DNA of 63,997 nucleotides, filler included, from Acidimicrobiia bacterium (GTDB lineage Bacteria > Actinomycetota > Acidimicrobiia > Spongiisociales > CAZKJJ01): assembly GCA_046759765.1 (NCBI GenBank). It is 18 parts of 18 records of this genome, joined end to end, with 100 filler letters (N's around TTAATTAATTAA, not from the genome) between each part and the next. Parts side by side here need not be neighbours in the genome. Positions count along the whole stretch, not along the records: positions 47,361 to 50,731 come from JBHICV010000218.1; positions 50,832 to 54,201 come from JBHICV010000219.1; positions 54,302 to 57,653 come from JBHICV010000220.1; positions 57,754 to 61,055 come from JBHICV010000221.1; 14 more parts are not named here. The stretch is one strand, 5' to 3'. A program made the translations under genes and the position numbers. The first letter of the stretch is position 1; each line of letters opens with the position of its first letter. Positions 48,447 through 59,266 of this stretch are shown one piece after another. Below the pieces are notes generated by a model, which was not told where the DNA came from, did no database searches, and saw nothing but the letters and a program-made list of their open reading frames with translations.

Positions 48447-49685
48447 ATGGCGCGTGTGCTCCTGCTGATCCCCACGACCTCCTACCGCGTCAGTGATTTC
48501 CTAACGGCGGCCCATCGGCTCGGTGTGGAGGTTGCTGTCGCCTCTGACCGCCGCCAGGTCTTGGAGAAATACTCGAAAGGACGAACCGTTACGGTCGATT
48601 TCAGCAACCATGGGAGGGGTGTGCAGCAGATCGCTGAATATGCTCGTAAGAGCCCACTTGCAGCGATAGTACCAGTCGATGAAGAGACAATTCTACTGGC
48701 GGCGGAGGCGTCCAACGCTCTAGGGTTGCCCCACAATTCCATCGCCTCTGTCGAGGCGGCACACAACAAATACCGCTTCAGAACCCTCCTGGCGGAAGCC
48801 GGGTTCCCATCGCCCCGGTTCGAATTGCTTTCGATACGTCATGACCCTAACCGAGCTGCCGGTCGAGCGATCTATCCCTGCGTGCTCAAGCCACTGGCCC
48901 TATCGGCAAGTCGGGGCGTAATCCGGGCCAATGACCCGGAGGCATTCGTGGACGCCTTCCATCGGATCGTTCAGATCCTCAACCAGACGCAGAGAGCCGG
49001 TGACGGATCGAGCGCCGATCACATCTTGGTGGAAGGCTATATCCCTGGAGTCGAAGTGGCGCTCGAGGGGTTGTTGGATGGTGGGCGACTAAACGTCCTT
49101 GCGGTGTTTGACAAGCCTGACCCACTCGAAGGGCCGTTTTTTGAAGAGACGATTTACGTAACCCCGTCGCGCCTGTCCGACGGTACACAGGAGACCATCG
49201 CTGCCACCGTGGCAGAGGCGGTCGCAGTCCTTGGGCTGTCCGACGGGCCAATTCACGCCGAGCTCCGAATCAACGATCGAGGAGCCTGGATCGTCGAGAT
49301 CGCCGCCAGGTCGATCGGTGGGCTCTGCGCGCGAATCCTGCGGTTTGGCGCGGGGATTGGGCTCGAGGAACTGATCCTGAGGCATGCGCTGCAGCTGCCG
49401 ATTGCGGCGATGGAGCGGGAACGCCGTGCCGCGGGGGTCATGATGATCCCAATTCCACGAGCGGGCATACTCCGCAGTGTGGATGGCCTCGAGAAGGCTC
49501 GGTCGGTCGCGGGTGTTCATGATGTTACGATCAGCATACCCCTCGGTCACGAGGTGATCCCTCTTCCGGAAGGATATAGGTACCTGGGTTTTATATTCGC
49601 CAAGGGGAACAACCCCGGCATAGTCGAAGACACCTTGCGGGAGGCTCATCGGCGGCTCGCGTTCGGGATCGAGCCGGCCCAGTAG
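48447..49685 (+). CDS. ATP-grasp domain protein
   Basis: NK...R, YPCVLKP..LSASRGV, VE.YIPG.E, HAELR, EIAARSIGG. Confidence 0.92.
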   Translation: MARVLLLIPTTSYRVSDFLTAAHRLGVEVAVASDRRQVLEKYSKGRTVTVDFSNHGRGVQQIAEYARKSPLAAIVPVDEETILLAAEASNALGLPHNSIASVEAAHNKYRFRTLLAEAGFPSPRFELLSIRHDPNRAAGRAIYPCVLKPLALSASRGVIRANDPEAFVDAFHRIVQILNQTQRAGDGSSADHILVEGYIPGVEVALEGLLDGGRLNVLAVFDKPDPLEGPFFEETIYVTPSRLSDGTQETIAATVAEAVAVLGLSDGPIHAELRINDRGAWIVEIAARSIGGLCARILRFGAGIGLEELILRHALQLPIAAMERERRAAGVMMIPIPRAGILRSVDGLEKARSVAGVHDVTISIPLGHEVIPLPEGYRYLGFIFAKGNNPGIVEDTLREAHRRLAFGIEPAQ

Positions 49686-49845
49686 CCGGGGGACCGAGCT
49701 CAGGCGCGATTGTTTTGTGGGGTCGGCCTCGACAATGGGCACCCCCAATCGATCCCGGCTCCATGAGCGGACGCTCGGCTCTGTCGCCAGCGTACATGGA
49801 TTCCTCGCCAGTTAGCCGCTAGGCTTCCCGGCAGGGAGGTCTCTG

Positions 49846-50731
49846 ATGGAGCGTCGCCTTGCCGCCATCCTCGCGGCTGACGTGGTCGGATATTCGCGAC
49901 TGATCCATGCCGACGAGGAAGGCACGCTCGCGGCTTTGATGGGTCATCGCGAAGAGCTGATCGATCCCAACATCGCCGAACATGGGGGCCGCATCGTCAA
50001 GACGACCGGGGATGGCCTGCTCGTCGAGTTTCCCAGCGTCGTGGAAGCGGTGCGGTGTGCCGTGGAGGTGCAACAGGGAATGGCCGGGCGCAACGCCGGA
50101 CTGCCGGACGACGAGCGCGTCGTCTTCCGCGTCGGCGTCAATCTCGGCGATGTGATCGCCGAGGAGGACGACCTCTATGGTGACGGCGTCAACGTCGCGG
50201 CGCGGTTGGAAGGTCTGGCGCCGCCGGGAGGCATTTGCATCTCGCGGGCGGCGCGCGATCAGGTGCGGGACAGACTGGAGTACGAGTTCCACGATCTCGG
50301 TGAGGTGGAGGTCAAGAACATCCCGAGGCCCGTCCGCGTGTTCCAAGTCGCGCTCGGCGACATGGCCGTGGCGTGGGCCCCGGCGGCTTCCAGCGCTGGG
50401 CCCGTGGAACCGGCCGACGCCGACAAGCCGTCGATCGTCGTCCTCCCCTTCGACAATATGAGCCGGGATCCGGAGCAGGAGTATTTCAGCGACGGGATCA
50501 CGGAGGACATCATCACCGATATTTCCAAGATCTCCGGTCTGTTCGTCATCGCCCGGAACTCGGCCTTCGTCTACAAGGACAAGACGTTCAACGTTCCCGA
50601 CGTATGTCGCGAGCTCGGCGTCAAGTTCGCTCTCGAAGGCAGCATTCGCAAGGCCGGGAACCGAGTTCGCATCACGGCCCAGCTGATCGATGGATCGAGC
50701 GGCGGACATCTCTGGGCCGAGCGCTACGACC
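49846..50731 (+). CDS. Class III adenylate/guanylate cyclase with a TolB-like domain, 3'-truncated
   Basis: RRLAAILAADVVGYSRL, TGDG, RVGVNLGD, GDGVNVAARLE, PSIVVLPF.NMS.DPEQEYFSDG. Confidence 0.95.
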
Positions 50732-50831
50732 NNNNNNNNNNNNNNNNNNNNNNNNNNNNNNNNNNNNNNNNNNNNTTAATTAATTAANNNNNNNNNNNNN
50801 NNNNNNNNNNNNNNNNNNNNNNNNNNNNNNN

Positions 50832-53079
50832 GCGGCTCGGGGTCCTTGACGAGGATCTGGAGGAGCCGTCGTTGCAACGGTCCTGCCTCCTTCTTGGCCA
50901 GAACCGCCTCCCGGCCGATGAAGCCACCGGGCTTGTCGAGGTCAACGGCAAAGCCGAGCCCCGCCTCGAGCACATGGTCCGTGTTGTCGATGTCGTGGCC
51001 GTAGTCGCGGTAGGCTTTCTCCATCCGCAGACTGCCGAGCGCCCTCAGACCGGCGTGCCGGAGACCGACCGTCTGCCCTGCCTCCACCAAACGCTCATAG
51101 ACGTGGGTTGCTTGCTCGGCCGGGACGTACAGCTCGTAGCCGAGCTCGCCCAGATACGTGATCCGAATGCAGAGCACGCGGGCAAACCCGATATCGATCT
51201 CGCGAGCGGTGCGGAAGGGGAATGCCTCGTTCGACATATCAGCCGAGGTAACGGCCTGCACCAGCTCCCGTGACCGGGGGCCTTGGATGTTGATTTGCCC
51301 GTACCCGTTGGTCACGTCTGTGACGGTTGCGTGCATGTCCTCGGTGATGTTGCGTCGCATCCACGTCTCCGCGTGGCGATGGGCCGTGTCGGTGGCCACG
51401 ACCCAGAAGCGCTCGTCATCGAGCTTGGTGACCGTGAGGTCGGCCTCCAAGGTCCCGGCCTCGTTGAGCCACTGGGTGTAGGTGATGACTCCTGGTTCGC
51501 CGTCGACGTGATTGGCCGAGATCCGTTCGAGCATGCGGCCCGCGTCACGACCCTGAACCAGGAACTTCGACATGAACGACATGTCCATGAGGATCACGCC
51601 GCTGCGGGCCGCCTCATGCTCAGCCTGCCAATACGGGAACCAGTTCTGGCGACCCCACGACAGGCGCTCGACCCTTGGTTCGACCCCGGGAGGTGCATAC
51701 CAGTCGGGGCTTTCCCATCCGCTTACGTCCTTGAAGTAGGCGCCCCGCTCGACGAGCCGATCGTGCACCGGTGAGACTTTCGCTCCCCGAGCCGTCTGCA
51801 TTGACCGGGTCGGGTAGTGGGGTTGGAAAACCATGCCGAGCGACTCGACCGTCCTTGTACGGCGGTACTCGGGAGTGGCCTGATAAGGATGGAGGCGGTC
51901 GATGTTGAATCCGCTGACGTCGACGTCGGGCCGGCCGTTGATGATCCAGTGCGCCAGTATCCGCCCCAGCCCGCCGCCGATGATGATGCCGACCGAGTTG
52001 AGCCCCGCGGCAACGAAGTAATTCCTCAGCTCTGGGGCCTCACCGACGATCGGCTGCAGGTCGGGAGTGAAGCTCTCCGGACCGCAGAAGAACTTCTTCA
52101 CTCCGGTTTCGGTCGAGATTGGCACTCTTCCCATGGCCTTCTCGACGTAGGGGGCCATGCGCTCCCAATCAGGGGATAGCTCCCCGAACGAGAAGTCCTC
52201 GGGCACACCGCCGACCTGCCATGGGGCGCAGACCGGCTCAAAGAGCCCGATCATCAGGCCACCAACTTCTTCGCGGTAGTACCCGTAGGAGGCCGGATCT
52301 TCGATCACGGGCAGCGTCCCCGTGAGGCCCGGGATCTGCTCCGTTATGAGGTAGTAGTGCTCAGCCGCCTGCAGCGGAATGCTGACCCCGGCCATCTCGC
52401 CGAGCTGGCGGGCCCACATGCCGGCGCAATTGACTACGTATTCGGCCTCGATGTCGCCCTGTTCGGTCCGCACGCCGGTTACTGAACCGCGGTGCTTCAG
52501 AAATCCAGTTACTGGCATGCCCTCAACGATCCGAACGCCCGCCCTGCGGGCACCCATCGCCAGTGACATCGTGACGTCAACGGGATTGGCCCGGCCGTCC
52601 TCTTCCACGAGGAAGCCCGCTAGGACGTCGTCGGTCCGAGCCAGCGGGAACAGCTCGGCAACCTCCGGAGCCGAGATCTCGTGGACATCAACGCCGCAGT
52701 AGAGGTTGAAGGCGGCCACCCGGCGGTATTCCTCCAGGCGATCGGGATCGGTGGCGAGCTCGATGAACCCCACCGGTTCGAAGCCCGTAGCCAGGCCGGT
52801 TTCGGCCTCGAGCCGCCGGTAGAGGTCGCGGGTGTAGATGCGCATCCCGGTCGAGGTCCCCGAGGTGGACCCGAAGGTGACCACCATCCCGGCCGCGTGC
52901 CAAGTGCTTCCGGATGTGAGGCGGTCTCGCTCCAGTAAGACCACATCGGACCATCCCATCTGGGCCAAGTGATAGGCGACGCTGCACCCGATGATCCCGC
53001 CGCCCACGACAATGACTTGAGCGCGGTCCGGCAGGGGAGCTTGGGCGTGTGGACGTACTGTTGTCTCAGGTGCGCTCAT
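50832..53079 (-). CDS. GcvT-family FAD oxidoreductase (dimethylglycine/sarcosine dehydrogenase-like), 3'-truncated
   Basis: GGGIIGCS.AYHL, SGSTWHAAG, GPESFTPD, YLGELGYE, SLRMEKAYR. Confidence 0.93.
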
Positions 53080-53181
53080 GACTCAACTCAACTAGCGGAA
53101 GCGAGTGTTGTCGAGGGAATGAAGCGGCCAGATGCCCGAGTGCGAGTATTTTGGGACACTCGAAGCTCAGACAGGAAGGCC

Positions 53182-53919
53182 ATGATCGTTTTAGGCGAGC
53201 GGCGACAGTTCTGGTTACTTGCCTTGGGCGTGGCGGCTGCGATCGTCCTGGCTGCGTGCGGAGGCGAGGAAGCCGTCACAACACCGACTCCTGCCCAGGT
53301 CACCACCACCCAAGCACCGGCGACTACGGAAGCGTCCACGACCACCGAAGCCGCAGTAACTACCACGGAGCCCGCTCCGACCACAACCACGGCAGTCGCC
53401 GAAGAGATCGCGGCGACGCCGGTGGGGGCGGTCCTACAGCCGTACCCTCCAGACGAGGCCGGCGGCGCGAATCTGTTCCCGCCCGGATCGGTGGAAGCGA
53501 ACTGGTATCAGTGGCCTGACGAAGGTCTCTACGTCGTGCTCTACCGAGGCTTGAGCATTGCCGACACCGGGCCGCTGTGCGCGGGCAACTCGATGTTCAG
53601 CGCGGGATTCAGGCATGTAACCAACTCACCGATCATCGGCACCGCCGACGAGCTGTGCGTTGACGCGGCGAAGATTGCCGAAGCGCCCTCCGGAGTTCGG
53701 CAGTGTGACACACTGGTCTACTACGTGACCGAGATCCCCACCGACGTCGAGGGCGATCTGTTCGGAACCATGGAGATCAATGACGGAACCGGATTCCGCG
53801 GCCAAACCAGCACCGTGGCGACCGATCTGGCCAGCACTCCTGTGTTCACCCCTGACCTCGCGGCCTACTCCCTGCCCGCCTCAGGAGTAGACGACGCCCA
53901 CACGGTGGCCTGCGGCTAG
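53182..53919 (+). CDS. Lipoprotein with a Thr-rich linker
   Basis: Lipobox LAAC, poly-Thr region, Cys-containing globular domain. Confidence 0.75.
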   Translation: MIVLGERRQFWLLALGVAAAIVLAACGGEEAVTTPTPAQVTTTQAPATTEASTTTEAAVTTTEPAPTTTTAVAEEIAATPVGAVLQPYPPDEAGGANLFPPGSVEANWYQWPDEGLYVVLYRGLSIADTGPLCAGNSMFSAGFRHVTNSPIIGTADELCVDAAKIAEAPSGVRQCDTLVYYVTEIPTDVEGDLFGTMEINDGTGFRGQTSTVATDLASTPVFTPDLAAYSLPASGVDDAHTVACG

Positions 53920-53926
53920 CAACGCG

Positions 53927-53973
53927 TTCCTGTCAATCTCAGCCGCGTATAGCGCGGTTCAGATTGACAGGAA
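53927..53973. repeat. Palindromic REP-like element of the same family as the IS481 target
   Basis: TTCCTGTCAATCT.AGCCGCG-tatag-CGCGGTT.AGATTGACAGGAA. Confidence 0.75.
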
Positions 53974-54019
53974 ACAGCACAATGAGACGTCGTAGGTTGA
54001 CTCGCACAGTGACGAGCCA

Positions 54020-54201
54020 ATGACCCCAATCCTTGACCAACCTCTCGACGTGATCGCGGCGGCGCTACAGGAAGGTGGGACGACCGCGGAGGAGCTGACA
54101 ACGCGGGCGATTGAACGTCATGAAGCTGTTGGTCTGCAACTCAAGGCCTATCAGACCTGGGATCCGGAGAAGGCCTTAGCCGAAGCACGGGCGGCGGATC
54201 A
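54020..54201 (+). CDS. Amidase family protein, N-terminal fragment
   Basis: L..IA.AL..G..TA.EL....I.R.......L.AY.....ALAEARAAD. Confidence 0.75.
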
Positions 54202-54301
54202 NNNNNNNNNNNNNNNNNNNNNNNNNNNNNNNNNNNNNNNNNNNNTTAATTAATTAANNNNNNNNNNNNNNNNNNNNNNNNNNNNNNNNNNNNNNNNNNN
54301 N

Positions 54302-55518
54302 AGCAAGTCTGTCCACGCCTCGTTCGGATCGTTCGGATGTACCGCGATTACCGGTGAGGGGATCCCTCGACCCGGTACGGACCCGGCCCCTAGCAGCGAT
54401 TCTCCTTCGATGATTTCGGCCTCTAGACCTGCCGATACGCCGTTCGATCTGCGGACCAGCTCGTTGTAAGGAAGGGCGGCCATAGCCCAGAACGGGATTT
54501 CGGCTCCTCGTCCGTCTGCGTAGAGCTCGACGGTGGCGGAGAGTGCGGCGAGAGTGGCTGCATCGGCGCGCAACGCTCTCGCAATCGGATGGACGGCGAG
54601 CTCTTCGATCAAAGCCCGTTTTCCCGTGATGATGCCCGCCTGGGGACCCCCGAGAAGTTTGTCGCCCGAGAACAATATGAGGTCTGCGCCTGCCTTGAGC
54701 GACTGGCGAACGCCCGGCTCACCGTCTAGCCAGACGGGAGGCGGACCAGGCAGCCAAGGAGCTTCCTCGTCCAAGAGCCCCGAACCAATGTCGAAGACGA
54801 CTGGCAGCTCGAGGCGAGTACCGAGAGCTACCAGCTCCGCCAATGCTGTGTCCTCGGAGAATCCCTCGATGCGGTAATTCGACGGGTGGACCTTCAAGAG
54901 CAGAGCAGTGTCAGGAGTCGCTGCTCTCTCGTAGTCGCCGATGCGAGTCCGGTTGGTCGTACCGATTTCGCTCAGAATGGCTCCCGTTGTTGCCATCAGC
55001 TCGGGCAGGCGGTAGGAGCCTCCGATCTCGATCAGCTCGCCCCTCGACACCGGGACGGTCTTTCCGGGGGCCAGGGCGGCCAGGGTGAGGAAGAGCCCTC
55101 CCGCATTGTTGTTGACGACGAGGGCGGCTTGCGCGCCGATCAAGCCCTCCAATAGGCGGTGGACAAAGGCGGCCCTGTGTCCCCTCCTCCCCTGGGAGAC
55201 GTCGAACTCCAGATTGCTGTATGTCTCGGATACGCGACTCGCTGCTTCTACGGCTTCGGGGTGCAGAGGTGCCCGCCCCAGGTTCGTGTGGAGGAGCACA
55301 CCGGTCGCGTTGACGAGCTGACCTAACCGCTGCCGCATGGCCAGACGCAGGGCGTTACGGGCGTCCGAGATGACATCTGCCTCTTCGCCGGCTTGGGCAC
55401 GGGAGCGCGCCTCATCGGTGACCAGGCGCGCAATTTCGGCAACAAGACTGCGAGGTGCTCCCTCGTCGCTCAAGGCACGAATGACGGCGTCGACGCTCGG
55501 AGGCCGTGCGGTGGCCAT
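54302..55518 (-). CDS. selA: L-seryl-tRNA(Sec) selenium transferase, 3'-truncated
   Basis: NATGVLLHTNLGRAP, VNNNA, SRGELIEIGGS.R.P, GTTNRT, KVHPSNY, FSGDKLLGGPQAG. Confidence 0.97.
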
Positions 55519-55553
55519 CTTTGGAAGCCTACCGGTCCCGGTATCCTGCTCCT

Positions 55554-55916
55554 GTGCCGTTCTTCCTCGCCTTCCTGGCCATCGCAGTAATCGAAGTCGC
55601 ACTGTTTGCCGCGGCCTGGACCGCGATAGGTCCGCTCTGGACGATCGGTCTGGCGCTGGCCACGGGCGTCGTCGGCTCGTGGCTGGTTTGGCACCAGGGC
55701 TTGGGAATTCTCGACGACGTCCGAGCCTCGCTCAACGCGGGCCGTTTCCCCGGACGCGAGCTCGCTCACGGTGCTCTTGTCTTGGTCGGTGGGGCGCTTC
55801 TCCTTACCCCCGGCTTTCTGACGGACTTCGTAGGACTCTCACTCATGGCCTGGCCCGTTCGGGATTTCATTCGCCGTAGCGCCGAGCGTCGGCTGCGGAG
55901 CCGCCTATACGTGTGA
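55554..55916 (+). CDS. fxsA: FxsA family membrane protein
   Basis: IEVALF...IG..WT, QG, GG.LLLTPGFLTD..G. Confidence 0.88.
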   Translation: MPFFLAFLAIAVIEVALFAAAWTAIGPLWTIGLALATGVVGSWLVWHQGLGILDDVRASLNAGRFPGRELAHGALVLVGGALLLTPGFLTDFVGLSLMAWPVRDFIRRSAERRLRSRLYV

Positions 55917-56611
55917 TACGTCCTGCGGCGACTCTGTGCGCACTGCGGGCATCCGAAGGCCGAATGGAAGTGCTTATGGTTCGGAGGGCTGCGGACGCCT
56001 CCTTCGTCGCAGGCGGATTCGTCTTTCCCGGCGGCGCGCTTGAAGACTGTGACCGCAGTCCGCTGGCCTCGGGGCTCGTGGAGGGCGTCTCTTCGGCCGA
56101 GATGTTGCCTTGGGTTGCGGCGGCCCTCAGGGAGGCCTTTGAAGAGACAGGCCTACTCATGTCAGTGGAGCCAGCCGGCTCCGCTGCCTCTGCGTTGCGC
56201 CCACTCCGTGGCTGGGACTTCTACCAGGCACTCGCGGCTGAGAGCATGTGCCTCGATGGCGGCAGTGTCGCCTATCTCTCTAACTGGGTGGGCCCACCAA
56301 CGGTGGCTCGGCGTTTCGACACGCGCTTCTTCGTGACCGAGGTTTCCGCCCCGGACCTGACTCCGGACGGTGCCGAGGTCACTGAGGCCCTCTGGGTGGA
56401 GCCGGAGGTTGCGCTCAGGAGGGGGGATGATGGGACGTGGTCCATGCTCTTTCCGACTCGCAGCCACCTGGAGCTGCTATCTCGGTTCAAGCGCCCGGCG
56501 GAGGTAGTGGATTACGCCCGGTCCCGGCCAGTCGTGCCAATAGAACCGACACGAGGCCCCAATGGGGGGGTGCGGCTGCCTATAGATGACGAACAAGGAT
56601 CGCAACCCTGA
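55913..56611 (+). CDS. NUDIX hydrolase
   Basis: VFPGG..E, AALREAFEETG, RRFDTRFF. Confidence 0.92.
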   Translation: MIRPAATLCALRASEGRMEVLMVRRAADASFVAGGFVFPGGALEDCDRSPLASGLVEGVSSAEMLPWVAAALREAFEETGLLMSVEPAGSAASALRPLRGWDFYQALAAESMCLDGGSVAYLSNWVGPPTVARRFDTRFFVTEVSAPDLTPDGAEVTEALWVEPEVALRRGDDGTWSMLFPTRSHLELLSRFKRPAEVVDYARSRPVVPIEPTRGPNGGVRLPIDDEQGSQP

Positions 56612-57399
56612 TGCGGGTGGTGAGGATCCTGGCGCCCAATCCGGGTGTCTTCACCGGGCCGGGTACCAACACCTACCTGCTGGTTTCCGAAGATGAAGGT
56701 CTGATCGTGGATCCCGGTCCTGTGATCCAGGCGCACCGTGAGGCCATCGAAGCTGAGCTGGTGGATCTCCAACCCCGCGGAGTGCTGGTAACCCACACTC
56801 ATCCGGACCACGCTCCTCTGGCCAATCCCCTCGGCTCGGGTCTAGGGGTCCCGGTATATGGCTACGAGGCGGGCTCGTCCTTCGACCCGGATCGAACTCT
56901 TCGTGACGGAGAGCGAATTCCGGTGGGCACGGAGGAGCTGAAGGTTCTCCATACGCCTGGCCACAGCGAAGACCACCTTTGCTTCTCCGTCGGTGAGGCG
57001 TTGTTCTCCGGTGATCACATCATGGGCGGCTCGACCGTGGTCGTGGAGGACATGACGTCCTATTTGCAGTCGCTCGACCGGCTCTCACAGGAGTCGCTGG
57101 CGGTGATCTATCCCGGTCATGGCGATGAGATGGCGGATGCGCAGGCCGTAATCCGCTCTTACATCGAGCATCGGCTGACTCGTGAGCAGCAGGTGCTGAC
57201 GGCTGTCCGGTCTGGAGCATCGACCGTTCCTGCGATCGTCTCCCAGGTCTATGCAGATATTGAGGAGAGCCTTCATCCACTGGCGGCAATATCGGTGCGA
57301 GCCCACCTTCAGAAGCTGGCCAGCGAGGGCCTCGTCTCCCTGTCGGCGGAAGGGGAGGCCCTACCACTGCCAACAGAAGAGGGTCCTCTTGGGGGTTGA
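56611..57399 (+). CDS. MBL-fold metallo-hydrolase (LACTB2-like)
   Basis: APNPG.FTG.GTNTY, THTHPDH, TPGH..DH, SGDH, PGHG. Confidence 0.93.
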   Translation: MRVVRILAPNPGVFTGPGTNTYLLVSEDEGLIVDPGPVIQAHREAIEAELVDLQPRGVLVTHTHPDHAPLANPLGSGLGVPVYGYEAGSSFDPDRTLRDGERIPVGTEELKVLHTPGHSEDHLCFSVGEALFSGDHIMGGSTVVVEDMTSYLQSLDRLSQESLAVIYPGHGDEMADAQAVIRSYIEHRLTREQQVLTAVRSGASTVPAIVSQVYADIEESLHPLAAISVRAHLQKLASEGLVSLSAEGEALPLPTEEGPLGG

Positions 57400-57541
57400 G
57401 GACCCTCTCCGTCGATGCCGGTAAGGGGATCGCCTCCCAGCGCCCTACCGATGGCAACGCCCCCTCAGTATTGAACTGGGTGCCGGGGTTGTCGTGGGCT
57501 GTTTCGCATGCGCCGGAAGTAACTAGTCATGGCGGCACAGC

Positions 57542-57616
57542 AAAACAGGCCCCCGGAGGAGGAGGGGCCTGTTCGCACGAATGCATCCCGGTCTGCGCAC
57601 TTGGTACGTTCGGGAT
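57542..57616 (-). ncRNA. Candidate small RNA with a CCUCCUCC loop and intrinsic terminator
   Basis: Three hairpins, the last CAGGCCCC-tcctcctccg-GGGGCCTG-TTTT; sigma-28-like promoter directly upstream. Confidence 0.5.
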
Positions 57617-57618
57617 CT

Positions 57619-57645
57619 GTATCGGCGGCTCACCGGCTGCCTGAA
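57619..57645 (-). promoter_or_regulatory. Sigma-28 (FliA/WhiG)-like promoter
   Basis: TTCA-N15-GCCGATAC versus consensus TAAA-N15-GCCGATAA. Confidence 0.5.
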
Positions 57646-57753
57646 TGGCGGTTNNNNNNNNNNNNNNNNNNNNNNNNNNNNNNNNNNNNNNNNNNNNTTA
57701 ATTAATTAANNNNNNNNNNNNNNNNNNNNNNNNNNNNNNNNNNNNNNNNNNNN

Positions 57754-58079
57754 GCATACCTGAGGCGGTCGAAGCCGCCCGCGGTCGTCTGATCTGGGTC
57801 ATGAACCTGGTGACCCAGGACGCCGAATCTCTTGATCTCCGAGGTCCGGACCACGTGAGCGAGCTACACCGCCTGACCGGCCTTCAACGCACGGGGACGA
57901 TCGCGCTGCACGAAGGGATCTTCGAAGTACCGGAGGGGCTGGCTCCGGTGACGCTGGACGAGCCGGACGCGGCCGGTTTCGGTTGGGATCTCGTGACAGC
58001 AGACCTGGTCGACCGCCAGGCGGCATGGCCGCAGCATCACACGATCAGATTGGGACAAGCGCTGGCTGGCCTCCTCTGA
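57754..58079 (+). CDS. yvcK: YvcK/CofD-like protein, C-terminal fragment
   Basis: I.EAV......IWVMNLVTQ.AES......HV..L ... ADLVD......H...RL..AL. Confidence 0.7.
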
Positions 58080-59266
58080 TGCAGCGGCTGCCGACGCTGG
58101 ACGAGGTCGTCGTGACCTCGAAGCGGGTCCTACTGCGGGCGGACCTCAATGTCCCCTTAGCGGACGGAGGAGTGGCAGATGACTATCGGATCCGGGCGAC
58201 TCTTCCCACCATCAATCGTCTGCGGGCTGATGGGGCGATCACAATCGTCTGCAGCCATCTCGGCCGCCCGAAGGGCCCCGATCCGAGGCTGAGGATGAAC
58301 CCCGTGGCGCACTCACTCAGTGAACTGGCCGGCTTCCCGGTTCGCAAGCTCGACCGAGTGGTCGGTCCCGAGGTCGAAGCAGAAGTGATGAAGGCGACGG
58401 CCGGGGAGGTCCTCCTTTTGGAAAACACGAGGTTCGAGCCAGGAGAGACAGTCAACGATTCCGCGCTTAGCCAGGCATTAGCTCGGCTGGGTGAGCTCTT
58501 TGTCCTCGATGCATTCGGCTCCGCTCACCGTGCTCACTCCTCGACGGTTGGGGTTGCCTCCCATCTTCGGTCAGCGGCCGGGCCGCTGCTCCTGGCCGAG
58601 GTGGAGGCGTTTGAACGCCTTCTGACCAACCCCCCACGGCCCTTTGTCGTTCTGCTGGGAGGGGCCAAGGTATCGGGCAAGTTGGGGCTCGTTCGCAACC
58701 TCCTGCCGAACGTCGACGCCATGCTGATCGGAGGAGGGATGTGTTTCACCCTGTTGGCCGCCGAAGGTTATGACGTCGGGGCGTCGTTGCTGGAGCACGA
58801 GATGATTGCAAGCTCGCGGCAGATTCTCGACTCGGCTCACGGGATCCGTATGAACCTTCCGATCGATCTCGTCGTAGGGGAGGAGTTCGTCGAGAACACT
58901 GCCGCGCAGGTAGCTCCGGTGGAGAGGATGCCGGCCGGAGGAGTCGCCCTCGACATCGGTCCCGAAACGATCGAGCGGTTCGTCGCGGCAGTGAGCGGCT
59001 CAGGCAGCGTGTACTGGAACGGTCCGATGGGAGTGTTCGAGTGGGAGGCCTTTCGTGCCGGGACCAAGGCAGTGGCCGAGGCCATAGGGGCCCACGATGG
59101 GTTCTCGGTCGTCGGAGGAGGGGACACAGTGGCGGCGCTCCGGATGTTCGGCGTCGACGAACGGGTATCGCATATGTCGACCGGCGGCGGAGCAGGATTG
59201 GAGCTTCTCGAGGGACGTACCCTGCCCGGCATCGAAGCGCTGGAGAAGTGGGCCGATGGACAGTAA
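58079..59266 (+). CDS. pgk: Phosphoglycerate kinase
   Basis: RADLNVP, SHLGRP, LLENTRF, DAFG.AHRAH, GGAKV, WNGPMGVFE, STGGGA. Confidence 0.97.
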   Translation: MQRLPTLDEVVVTSKRVLLRADLNVPLADGGVADDYRIRATLPTINRLRADGAITIVCSHLGRPKGPDPRLRMNPVAHSLSELAGFPVRKLDRVVGPEVEAEVMKATAGEVLLLENTRFEPGETVNDSALSQALARLGELFVLDAFGSAHRAHSSTVGVASHLRSAAGPLLLAEVEAFERLLTNPPRPFVVLLGGAKVSGKLGLVRNLLPNVDAMLIGGGMCFTLLAAEGYDVGASLLEHEMIASSRQILDSAHGIRMNLPIDLVVGEEFVENTAAQVAPVERMPAGGVALDIGPETIERFVAAVSGSGSVYWNGPMGVFEWEAFRAGTKAVAEAIGAHDGFSVVGGGDTVAALRMFGVDERVSHMSTGGGAGLELLEGRTLPGIEALEKWADGQ

